DNA of 39,097 nucleotides from a virus (taxonomy: Duplodnaviria > Heunggongvirae > Uroviricota > Caudoviricetes): positions 1-39,097 of IMG/VR virus record IMGVR_UViG_2609460219_000010. One strand, 5' to 3'. A program made the position numbers and the translations under genes. Numbering within the stretch: the stretch's first letter is position 1; each line of letters starts with the position of its first letter. The notes beneath the pieces were generated by a model. It was given only the letters and a program-made list of their open reading frames with translations. It was not told the DNA's origin and made no database searches. Positions 1-8,130 of the stretch are shown here, one piece after another.

Positions 1-435
1 TTATTCTAAAGGTATTGCAGGCCACTCAATATCCGGTGCAGTGCTGATATCTGTTGCCGTCACAGCGTCGATATAATCCAGTACAACGTTAAGTCGGGTA
101 GTTTCTTCTTGCGTCAGTTTGCGTCCGGCCTGCAGCTTTAACTGAATCACGCTGATATTGACCATTGCTGCGTTTATCAGCGACTGTTTTTTCTGTTCAG
201 CGTCAGCTACCAGTTCATCATGAGAACGTTCCGGAGGGAGCGGCGCAGTAAATACCCCGTCTGAATACGCCCAGCCGATTCCGGGATGCTCACTGATATC
301 TGAAATATCAATGAGCTGCTGATTATCCGGCACCGTGAATTCAGCCTCGCCATCCCAGACAATGACATTCACAACCATCCCATTTTCAATAACTGCATAT
401 GACGTATTCATTATGCAAACTCCTCGATAATACAA
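1..435 (-). CDS. tail fiber assembly protein (Tfa-type chaperone)
   Basis: ORF stops at window positions 1-3 on minus strand; C-terminus ...TSTAPDIEWPAIP resembles conserved Tfa C-termini; immediately downstream of tail fibre gene; true start may be the internal Met near 411. Confidence 0.6.
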   Translation of the reverse strand: MYYRGVCIMNTSYAVIENGMVVNVIVWDGEAEFTVPDNQQLIDISDISEHPGIGWAYSDGVFTAPLPPERSHDELVADAEQKKQSLINAAMVNISVIQLKLQAGRKLTQEETTRLNVVLDYIDAVTATDISTAPDIEWPAIPLE

Positions 436-1496
436 ATCCCTGCAGCACCTTTCCCGCCCGTCATACTGGTTCCGCTATAACCGGCATCGTATGCACCACC
501 GCCACCTGAACCATATGCCTTGCCGCTAACACCACCGCCAGCGCCTGCGCGTCCACCGCCACCCCAGTACGATGTTCCGCCTTCACCGCTAACGCCGATA
601 TTTCCGGACTGACCGTCGCCTCCACATCCACCAATGATGTTTATATCGCCAGTACTCGGCACACCTCCGTTACCACCGTTTGTGTTTGTGACTCCTGACT
701 TTCCGCCGCCTGCGCCACCAGGAGCAATTAACGATGCGAATAAGCTATTACCGCCATTGATGCCGTAAGTCGCACTAACACCACCGGCCCCACCTGCGCC
801 GATAGTGACTGGATAACTATTCTGTGTCGGGGTCATTATTGAAATTATTGTTCCACCGGCCCCACCGCCAGCACCGAAAAACGTTTCATTATTGGATATA
901 GCCTTGCAGCCGCCCCCTCCGCCACCGCCGCCCGTTATTGTGACCCTGATCCGTTTTGTTCCTGGCGTCGGGGTGTACGTACCTGATGACGTGAAAACCC
1001 GGGTATTCACCAAGCGTCCCACGTATCCGTTTGTAGCTCCCAAACCAAGATAATGAATAACCTCCTGTTTGCTTGTTTTAGCCAGAATATCCCGTCCAAC
1101 ATTAGTCANGGTTGTCAGGCTGGCTGTATCATTCCCCGTAAAATACGGTAGTTTGTCTGCCGCAGTGGCAAGGCCTGCCAGTGCAGTGAGCGTGGCGTCA
1201 AGCGCCTGGAAATCCTTCCCCAAAGCCGCTTCCATTTTGGAGATAAACCCGTTCAGGTCACCATCATCAAGCACATCCAGCCCACTTTTATTAGCTGTGT
1301 ACTGTGCAAGCGCTGCCGTAATAAAGCTGGCCTGCCGAATAACCTTATTGACTTGCGCACTGGATGCTTTCCCTGCTGTAAATCCGGATAAAAGCGCAGG
1401 CAACGCTTCCCATTCCTCCTGCGACATAACATTGGCATTCCGATCAGTTGCAAACGCTTTAAAGTCATTTTTCGCCATCAGAGTAATACTCCCCAT
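411..1496 (-). CDS. tail fiber protein with glycine-rich C-terminal region
   Basis: 361 aa; long Gly-rich tracts in C-terminal two-thirds; position between baseplate genes and Tfa chaperone. Confidence 0.6.
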   Translation of the reverse strand: MGSITLMAKNDFKAFATDRNANVMSQEEWEALPALLSGFTAGKASSAQVNKVIRQASFITAALAQYTANKSGLDVLDDGDLNGFISKMEAALGKDFQALDATLTALAGLATAADKLPYFTGNDTASLTTXTNVGRDILAKTSKQEVIHYLGLGATNGYVGRLVNTRVFTSSGTYTPTPGTKRIRVTITGGGGGGGGCKAISNNETFFGAGGGAGGTIISIMTPTQNSYPVTIGAGGAGGVSATYGINGGNSLFASLIAPGGAGGGKSGVTNTNGGNGGVPSTGDINIIGGCGGDGQSGNIGVSGEGGTSYWGGGGRAGAGGGVSGKAYGSGGGGAYDAGYSGTSMTGGKGAAGICIIEEFA

Positions 1497-2158
1497 GCCC
1501 CTACATCAAAACCACTGATGAATTCGTTATCCATATCAAAACCAAAAAATTTTGAACCTTCCGATGGAGTTTCCACCGAAGGTGTTTCAATGCCACCCGC
1601 CCAAACCCCGGCGGCTTTTACTGTGAGATATCCCTGTTTAATTGCAGCAATTAACTCACGCGATACATCTGAAATATCAGTATCAGGAAGGAGCCAGACC
1701 GATATCGTCATGTCCTGGTTATCGACTATCTGCATTCGCAGTCCGGATCCTGCTGTCGCCGCGTCAAGAATTGCTGGAAGCGAATCATTCCGTCCGTCCC
1801 AGTTATTAATCGCAATCTTCGCTTTAAGGATGACACGATAAGTTTCATCGCTGAGGTACATGTATCCGGAATCAGGATCGTATGGCCCCTGNCATACACC
1901 CTGATCATATCCAAGCCCGTCGGTATCCCAGCTGAAATAGACACCTGAGATAGGCTGGCTGACAACACGGCTACGTCCGATCCACAATCCAAGAATGTCA
2001 AGTTGCACACCAACCGCAGAGTCAATATCAAATGCAGTAATCAGNCCTCTGGTGGCAGCCGCAACATCAATAAGCGGCCGGGTCATCAGATCAACATGTG
2101 CAAGAAATTTAGGTTTGGTGGCGTGGTAGTTCGTGATCAGTTCGGTGTATTTGCTCAT
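1478..2158 (-). CDS. tail/baseplate-associated protein (between baseplate J and fibre)
   Basis: 226 aa ORF overlapping neighbours by a few nt; synteny with contractile-tail baseplate modules. Confidence 0.45.
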   Translation of the reverse strand: MSKYTELITNYHATKPKFLAHVDLMTRPLIDVAAATRXLITAFDIDSAVGVQLDILGLWIGRSRVVSQPISGVYFSWDTDGLGYDQGVXQGPYDPDSGYMYLSDETYRVILKAKIAINNWDGRNDSLPAILDAATAGSGLRMQIVDNQDMTISVWLLPDTDISDVSRELIAAIKQGYLTVKAAGVWAGGIETPSVETPSEGSKFFGFDMDNEFISGFDVGAWGVLL

Positions 2159-3354
2159 GACTCCACCGTTATAACGATATTTTCCGGTGTACAGGACGCA
2201 GATTCGTTGTATCTGATATCAATGTTTGATGACGACAAAGCCCCCGGGGATTTCCCAATCGTCAGTTCCTGAATATCGTAATAGCGTGCATTCCCGCCAC
2301 TCACCACGCCAAGATTCGCCGGTGAGTAAATGCGACTTAAAAGGACCGAATCACCAATCATCAGACTATTGATATAGTCGGAAATAGCCTGCTGGATCTG
2401 CTGCCCTATCTGTGAGGTATAACCCGTAAAAACTTTTAATTTAATCCGGGCATAAACAGGTACATCACTGGAACGCGAGAATTTGATTACATGGGGATTG
2501 CCGTATTTATCCGGAACCGTAACGGATGTTGTACCGTGAGTGGCTGTCCCCTGGCCTTTATTCCCTCTAATAGCCTGAGCAATATCCGTCACATCACCGC
2601 CATCCACAATTACAGCAACAGAGTGTGGCGGTAACCCGTTACCGTCCTCCGAACCAGTATCGTTTTCATAGAGTTTGTGGCGGGTTACACCGGTTACATT
2701 AGAAACAGCACCATCCAGTGCTTCAAATGGGGTTATTGATGGCAACGCAACACTTTGCGACTGGCGGATACGTAACTCAGCATCAGTTTCTGCCGGAGAG
2801 CCAACAGTAGCCGCAGCAGGATTAGTTACCGAAACCCAGCCACGGGTTGGCGTATTAATTTCAGTGATAGTTCCAGCCAGCGCCGCCACTGCACCACTGA
2901 CGGAACATGTTGCGGTCGCCATCACTGTACCATCCACGCCGACCACCACTGAAGCAGGCAAACGCCATATCACATTATTACTGTCTTTCACGCTGCCATT
3001 AATGATGGTTGTTCCGGCAGTTCCTGTAAGAAGCAAATCAACCGTAGAGTTCGTCGCGCCTTTACGTGAAATACCATTTATTTTCACGTTACTGGTCAGT
3101 GCAGCCCCATAGCCGGTTGCCGGTGAAAAACAGTTGTAGACAGTTATCGCCATATTATTGGCATCATGAATCGCCAGCGCCGTCAGAGCCACCATCTGGC
3201 CGTCTTTGCTGTCCGGTTCGAGGTAGGCATCACTGCCATAAATCTGCTGAAAATAGCTAATCAGGGTGCTGAGTATCGTCTGATAATCAGGCGCACTGAT
3301 CCCCTCCGCGGTTACCTTTGCAGATAAACCGAGAGAATCAAGGTTCAGAGCCAT
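2155..3354 (-). CDS. baseplate J-like protein
   Basis: 399 aa; size and position typical of baseplate J (wedge) proteins; translationally coupled to flanking genes. Confidence 0.55.
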   Translation of the reverse strand: MALNLDSLGLSAKVTAEGISAPDYQTILSTLISYFQQIYGSDAYLEPDSKDGQMVALTALAIHDANNMAITVYNCFSPATGYGAALTSNVKINGISRKGATNSTVDLLLTGTAGTTIINGSVKDSNNVIWRLPASVVVGVDGTVMATATCSVSGAVAALAGTITEINTPTRGWVSVTNPAAATVGSPAETDAELRIRQSQSVALPSITPFEALDGAVSNVTGVTRHKLYENDTGSEDGNGLPPHSVAVIVDGGDVTDIAQAIRGNKGQGTATHGTTSVTVPDKYGNPHVIKFSRSSDVPVYARIKLKVFTGYTSQIGQQIQQAISDYINSLMIGDSVLLSRIYSPANLGVVSGGNARYYDIQELTIGKSPGALSSSNIDIRYNESASCTPENIVITVES

Positions 3355-3707
3355 TACGCCTCCGATGTAACAGTCGTTATTCCATAAAGAGTGTCGATTT
3401 CAGCGGAAAACATGACACGTCGGGTCGTGGTATCCACCGTCGTATTGAAAGAGAGGATTGATTTAACGCCCTGCGTTTCGAGGATGCGCTTACGGATCGC
3501 CAGGTTGTAGGTTTCCGGCTTCTGCTTACCGAGTACGGACTGGATCCACGGAGTCCCTTCGGTGGTGTCGAGAAACCATTGCCCATACCACAATTCGAAT
3601 CGCGTTTTTACCGCCTGCGCCACGGCCTCCGGTGAGTTAATCAGCCAGGTGTCATCACCGCTGCCAAAGGTGTAATCGCCATCGGCGTCTTCACGTCTGT
3701 ATCGCAT
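3354..3707 (-). CDS. small baseplate protein
   Basis: 117 aa ORF coupled between spike-like and J-like genes. Confidence 0.4.
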   Translation of the reverse strand: MRYRREDADGDYTFGSGDDTWLINSPEAVAQAVKTRFELWYGQWFLDTTEGTPWIQSVLGKQKPETYNLAIRKRILETQGVKSILSFNTTVDTTTRRVMFSAEIDTLYGITTVTSEA

Positions 3708-4459
3708 CAGTTTACCCCATCGGTATTGCTTCCACCGCGCTGAACACCGCCATGAGTGTGCGTATCATCGATTGGCTTGCCGTTAGCCTTCACGCTACCC
3801 AAAAACTCAACAGCACCAGTGATTTTTGAAGCTACACCAGAAACAACAGACCCCACCATGCCCCCCATCCAGGTTAACAGGCCATGAATGGTTACTTTCT
3901 CAGAAAAATCAGCCAGAGGGGCAACCACATCAAGGCCCCCCGGAGCGACAATTTTAATTTTCCTGGTATCAGGATTAAGCTCAAAATAGGTGCTGCCGTC
4001 GTCACTACGCAACTGTGTAGCACTGGTATTAATACCGCTAATCTTCCTTGCCTGCGACTGGGGACCGACAATACAAAACGCATCCGATAAATCATGCATT
4101 CTGTCATCAACAGGCTCCTGTATCCCGCCGTTCTGCCACCAGAAATCAATACAACGATCGGCAAAAATCATCAAACATTCATCACCGGCTTTAACTGGGA
4201 ACGTTAGCGTGCATCCTCCGCCGCGCGGGAATACCACTGGCACATCCACCAGCAATGGGTAATTTTGGGTAATGCGGTTGCCGTCATTATCCTTTTCAAC
4301 CGAACGGATAGCAGGCTGCACAACTGCCGTCATCGCATCAGGATCGAATGACTGAATAACGCCAGGCAAGGCGACACGGATCTGGTTCTTTGTTGTTTCC
4401 CGTTCAGATTTAAATGTTTCGGCAAGGTCGCCGCTGCGGGTCTGGTCAGATACTGCCAT
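3707..4459 (-). CDS. baseplate assembly protein V-like (spike)
   Basis: 250 aa; position upstream of small baseplate protein and J; Gly-rich C-terminus. Confidence 0.45.
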   Translation of the reverse strand: MAVSDQTRSGDLAETFKSERETTKNQIRVALPGVIQSFDPDAMTAVVQPAIRSVEKDNDGNRITQNYPLLVDVPVVFPRGGGCTLTFPVKAGDECLMIFADRCIDFWWQNGGIQEPVDDRMHDLSDAFCIVGPQSQARKISGINTSATQLRSDDGSTYFELNPDTRKIKIVAPGGLDVVAPLADFSEKVTIHGLLTWMGGMVGSVVSGVASKITGAVEFLGSVKANGKPIDDTHTHGGVQRGGSNTDGVN

Positions 4460-4478
4460 TTAGTAGGCTCCAGAAAGC

Positions 4479-4510
4479 AAAAAACCCGCCAAGTGGCGGG
4501 TTTGAATTTT
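4479..4510 (-). terminator. intrinsic terminator closing the moron cassette
   Basis: Hairpin CCCGCC-AAGT-GGCGGG (4485-4500) followed on the minus strand by a T6 run (plus-strand A6 at 4479-4484); lies between cassette stop (4524) and the next baseplate gene start (4459). Confidence 0.5.
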
Positions 4511-4523
4511 GAGAAATTTCAGC

Positions 4524-4952
4524 TTATGCAGTTAACGAGTCATCACCAATCTTCAGTAATTGATTAACGATTGCATCGACCTCTTCCGCATCCAGAATTA
4601 CACTTCTCGCGGTAATCCGGTTGATTTTCCGCTCAAGCTTGTAATCAGAATTAACACGTTGGGCATGCGTCATTTTCAGTTTAACGCCGATTTTCTTTAC
4701 TGCGTTAACATCAACATCGTTAAGTGCAGCTGCCTCACCACTACAAAAGGCCGTATAGACTCGCATGTGAACTCCACCTTTTAGTTTTTCACCATCTTGT
4801 GTAGCGGTCGGTACCAGATTGTTGGTGATCCGTAAGGCGGAATGGTACATACCATAGTATGCTCGGCTAATAGCATTTCTCGTCCACATCTCACCGTTTA
4901 GAGCCAGGGAATGCTTAGCCAATTCAAGAAAACAGGTATGCTCAACCGACAT
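4524..4952 (-). CDS. hypothetical protein, candidate HEPN-like (R-x6-H motif) moron gene
   Basis: 142 aa; AT-rich relative to flanking tail genes; motif SRAYYGMYH fits Rx4-6H; start overlaps upstream gene stop (coupled). Confidence 0.55.
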   Translation of the reverse strand: MSVEHTCFLELAKHSLALNGEMWTRNAISRAYYGMYHSALRITNNLVPTATQDGEKLKGGVHMRVYTAFCSGEAAALNDVDVNAVKKIGVKLKMTHAQRVNSDYKLERKINRITARSVILDAEEVDAIVNQLLKIGDDSLTA

Positions 4953-5683
4953 TAGAGTTCCCCGGCTTCAAAGCATCCGACGCATTCTGAATCCGCAAGC
5001 CCCGCAATAATAATCTCATCAGCCAAGGCATTATTCATCTGCGAAAGAAGCACTGGATCGTCTGTTTTGACTTCAACGAACAGCGTATCAAGTTCTGACA
5101 TTACATAAAAAGCATGAGCGCCAGCAAGACGAGCGCGGTACTTTTCTGCAACGTTCATCATGAGCCGCCCAATAGTTTTTAGCTCCTGAGCATGATCTTT
5201 TTGGGTATGCAGATAATTGAGCGTGTCATACCATTTGCCCATATCTTCAGGGCGCGGTACTTCCATTGCAGTTAGCATCGGCATCACCTTTTCAAGCAAA
5301 TCGATATCAACCCAGTATGCAGAAATTGTAGCAACCTCAGCCAATATCGTTGGATTAAGTGAATCAGATGCTTTCTGAATCATCACATACTGGCGAGCAT
5401 GCAAACCTAAGTTACGCAGCGCAATCGTATAGTTACAAAAAGAAACTGGATCGTTAGGCGCTATTCTCAACCCCCGCTCACAGAGTGAACATCCTTCATC
5501 TATTTCACCAAGAACAAGCTTAGCTAAGCCTTCAATTGATAGCCCCTGATAACGTTCAGGTAGTTTCTTCGCTTCACGAATGATTCGATGGATTTCAAAC
5601 TCACTCAGAAGGTTTTCACCCTTAGTTAATGAAGGAGTCAGAAGATCTAACAGTTCTCCTGATTTTGGCTGCGCTAAACTCAT
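4952..5683 (-). CDS. hypothetical protein, partner of the 142-aa gene
   Basis: 243 aa ORF, AT-rich, no recognisable phage structural features; 226-bp AT-rich upstream region with possible sigma70-like promoter and AGGA RBS. Confidence 0.55.
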   Translation of the reverse strand: MSLAQPKSGELLDLLTPSLTKGENLLSEFEIHRIIREAKKLPERYQGLSIEGLAKLVLGEIDEGCSLCERGLRIAPNDPVSFCNYTIALRNLGLHARQYVMIQKASDSLNPTILAEVATISAYWVDIDLLEKVMPMLTAMEVPRPEDMGKWYDTLNYLHTQKDHAQELKTIGRLMMNVAEKYRARLAGAHAFYVMSELDTLFVEVKTDDPVLLSQMNNALADEIIIAGLADSECVGCFEAGEL

Positions 5684-5909
5684 GTTTTAGTTATTCCTGG
5701 CTTTAATGAAGTAGCATATCGATGGCAATCCACCATCAAAAAGTCAGTGCAGTGTAATCGCTCGTCTCAAAAAACAACAGTTTTTAGAGCACATTTTGTT
5801 GTTTTTCAGGCGTTACGAATTTCAGGTTACCTTCACCCAGCCACTTTTTTACAAGGGAAAGATCCGATGATTTTCGGCGCATCCATGCTGTTCTGCAGAA
5901 GCTGGACAT

Positions 5910-6173
5910 TCAGGAATCGCGTTTCGGTACCAGGGCGACGAATGTATTCAAAGCCGTAGTTGTTACCGTCTTTGGCAGGCATAAGCCCATGTCTACTTTC
6001 AAACCATTGGTACCCAGTTTGGTGATTTTTTGAGAGGTAACTCTTTCACCGTTGATAGTCGATAACTCGCCCTGGTTTGCAACCATAGTGTAGCCACCGC
6101 ATTTAACCGTGAAGCCATCCGCCCACGCGCTGCACGCAGAAAAGACAGCTAACAGAAAAATAATACCCCTCAT
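5910..6173 (-). CDS. small secreted protein or lipoprotein (signal peptide)
   Basis: N-terminus MRGIIFLLAVFSACSAWA is a signal-peptide-like hydrophobic segment; start 3 nt after the stop of the upstream tail gene; C-terminal extent uncertain. Confidence 0.4.
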   Translation of the reverse strand: MRGIIFLLAVFSACSAWADGFTVKCGGYTMVANQGELSTINGERVTSQKITKLGTNGLKVDMGLCLPKTVTTTALNTFVALVPKRDS

Positions 6174-6176
6174 TGC

Positions 6177-7238
6177 TCATCCCCTTTGCAAAGCCGATCG
6201 CGTATACAGATCCGCCGCGCCACGCGCTTCGCACATCATATCCATGTACCACGCCTGGCCCCTTGTGTCGCCAGTGTACATAATCCCGCGCACAATATAA
6301 ACACCATCCGTTGCGATGCTGGCAGGCTGCGATGTGGTGCCGCTTAGCGTGATATTTCCGTCCGTGTTCTGGTCGGTGATCTGCCCGCCGACCATCGCGA
6401 TATCGTTGTTCGACAGCGCGGTGCGGAATACTGAAGCCTGATCCAGCTGAATGAGCCCGTTAACCCGGATGTTCGGGTTAATCAGCGCGCGGACGTTTAC
6501 GCCGTTGCCGATAGTCTGCTGTGGCATACCGATAAGNCCCGTGGCACTGTTGAGCACAATCGCGTCGTGAACATATTCGTTATTCGCCACCATCTGGCGC
6601 TGACCATCCACGAACTGCCATGTTGCGCCACATTGTCCGGCCACGTTATCCATAAGATGACGTGTCATGCCGAATAGCACCCGGCCCCGGGGGAAAACGG
6701 TAGCAGGCATTTCAGGCGTCAGACCTTCAGTCGCGCCTTTGGCCTCGAAGTCTTTCATCAGCGCGCGATTCACGTCTGCGACCGTATAACCGGCCGCCAG
6801 CGTCTGCGAAGTTATGCTGGTGGCAAAAGCCAGATCCGTATCGGCTGCCTGAATCAGAACGTAAGAATCAATGGGGCTGTCTTTTCCTGTTACCGAGTAA
6901 CGAATTTCGCCGCTGAAAATCATCCCATAGTTGCGGCCATCACTCTGGCCCACATCCGCCGCGTCGACTTCCCGCACGGTCCCGACGTCGCTGGCCGATA
7001 CCTCCGGCGCGATACCGTCGTAACCCGCAATCAGACGCACTTTCGAAAACTCCTGCCCGGTGATTCGGTTCACAGTATCTGCCGAGAGGTTATAAATTTT
7101 GATAGTCCCTATCCGGGACGCACTGCTGATGTTGAACCAGTCGATCGTAAAGGTGACTTTAAAATCACTTAGCTCAATTCCCTGACCGTTCCCGTCCACA
7201 AGCTGCAGCTCGAAATGTCTCATCCAGTTCTGTGACAT
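6177..7238 (-). CDS. baseplate hub/tail protein
   Basis: 353 aa ORF downstream of tape measure in tail module. Confidence 0.45.
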   Translation of the reverse strand: MSQNWMRHFELQLVDGNGQGIELSDFKVTFTIDWFNISSASRIGTIKIYNLSADTVNRITGQEFSKVRLIAGYDGIAPEVSASDVGTVREVDAADVGQSDGRNYGMIFSGEIRYSVTGKDSPIDSYVLIQAADTDLAFATSITSQTLAAGYTVADVNRALMKDFEAKGATEGLTPEMPATVFPRGRVLFGMTRHLMDNVAGQCGATWQFVDGQRQMVANNEYVHDAIVLNSATXLIGMPQQTIGNGVNVRALINPNIRVNGLIQLDQASVFRTALSNNDIAMVGGQITDQNTDGNITLSGTTSQPASIATDGVYIVRGIMYTGDTRGQAWYMDMMCEARGAADLYTRSALQRG

Positions 7239-7240
7239 GC

Positions 7241-7543
7241 TTACTCCGTTGATACCAGTAAATGACTGCGACCGCCCAGGTCAGTTTTCGTGGGATAATC
7301 CTGTGTGTTGTCATCGCAGACCACCAACAGCTTAAAACCAAGCCCCATACAGGCGTACTGCGCCAGCAGATCAGCACCAGTGACGAGAGGAATACCGGAG
7401 ATTACCGGCTCCTCTCTGTCGTTCTGCAGGTCCATAATCCAGTACAGATCGCGCCATATGATGCTAATCCGCCAGGTGGCACCACCCAGGACGATGCTGA
7501 ACTGCTGGTTGTCCGCTGTCAGCGGAATTTCCTGAATTATCAT
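7241..7543 (-). CDS. tail protein (small)
   Basis: 100 aa ORF coupled within tail module. Confidence 0.3.
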   Translation of the reverse strand: MIIQEIPLTADNQQFSIVLGGATWRISIIWRDLYWIMDLQNDREEPVISGIPLVTGADLLAQYACMGLGFKLLVVCDDNTQDYPTKTDLGGRSHLLVSTE

Positions 7544-8130
7544 TAGCCGCCCCCCAGTAATGACGCCACGTTACCCGTGATGCTTTTCAGCAGTGAAGTA
7601 TCTGGAGGCTTTGTGGTTTTGTTGCCGCTGTTCTGTACCGCCGACGTGCTGGCCCCTTCCTTCATGTTAGTTTTATCCGCGACGGTAATCTGCTGTGTCC
7701 GGGAGATAAGGACCTCCCTCAGGGTGAGGACGGCGGACAGGACGTTTTCGGTTGTCTTGTCCGTCGTCACTTCCAGCGCCCGGATCAACATGTTGCTGTA
7801 CAGTCGTTTACCGGTTACCACATCGAAGGGGATACGGCTTTCCTGCAGATCCAGTAGCTCCTGATACGTCTGCTGAGGACTCAGGCCGAGCAGGCTGGTA
7901 GCCGTCAGATTACTGGCAAAATCCAGCAATGCGCCGCCACCGGCGAAACCAACCTCCATCACCACTTCTGACGGTTTTTTATAGGCATGATCAGCGACAG
8001 CGGCCCCGACCTCTACCGGATGCTCTGTTATTTCAAGCATATCTGTATGCTTCTCTGAAATAACAACACTGGGAACAATCATTCCTATTTTTCTGCTCTG
8101 CTGATGAAAAAGTGTAGAGATAATATCCAC
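7543..8130 (-). CDS. tail protein following tape measure
   Basis: 195 aa ORF, start overlaps tape-measure stop. Confidence 0.35.
   Translation of the reverse strand: MDIISTLFHQQSRKIGMIVPSVVISEKHTDMLEITEHPVEVGAAVADHAYKKPSEVVMEVGFAGGGALLDFASNLTATSLLGLSPQQTYQELLDLQESRIPFDVVTGKRLYSNMLIRALEVTTDKTTENVLSAVLTLREVLISRTQQITVADKTNMKEGASTSAVQNSGNKTTKPPDTSLLKSITGNVASLLGGG

Noticed and set aside
411-1496. Diversity-generating or invertible tail-fibre segment
   Set aside because: No reverse transcriptase, template repeat or invertase gene seen in the window; the Gly-rich repeats are coding low complexity only.
5761-5810. AT-rich inverted repeat AAAAACAAC...GTTGTTTTT upstream of the two-gene cassette
   Set aside because: Stem is entirely A/T with an 18-nt loop; too weak to call as terminator or operator.
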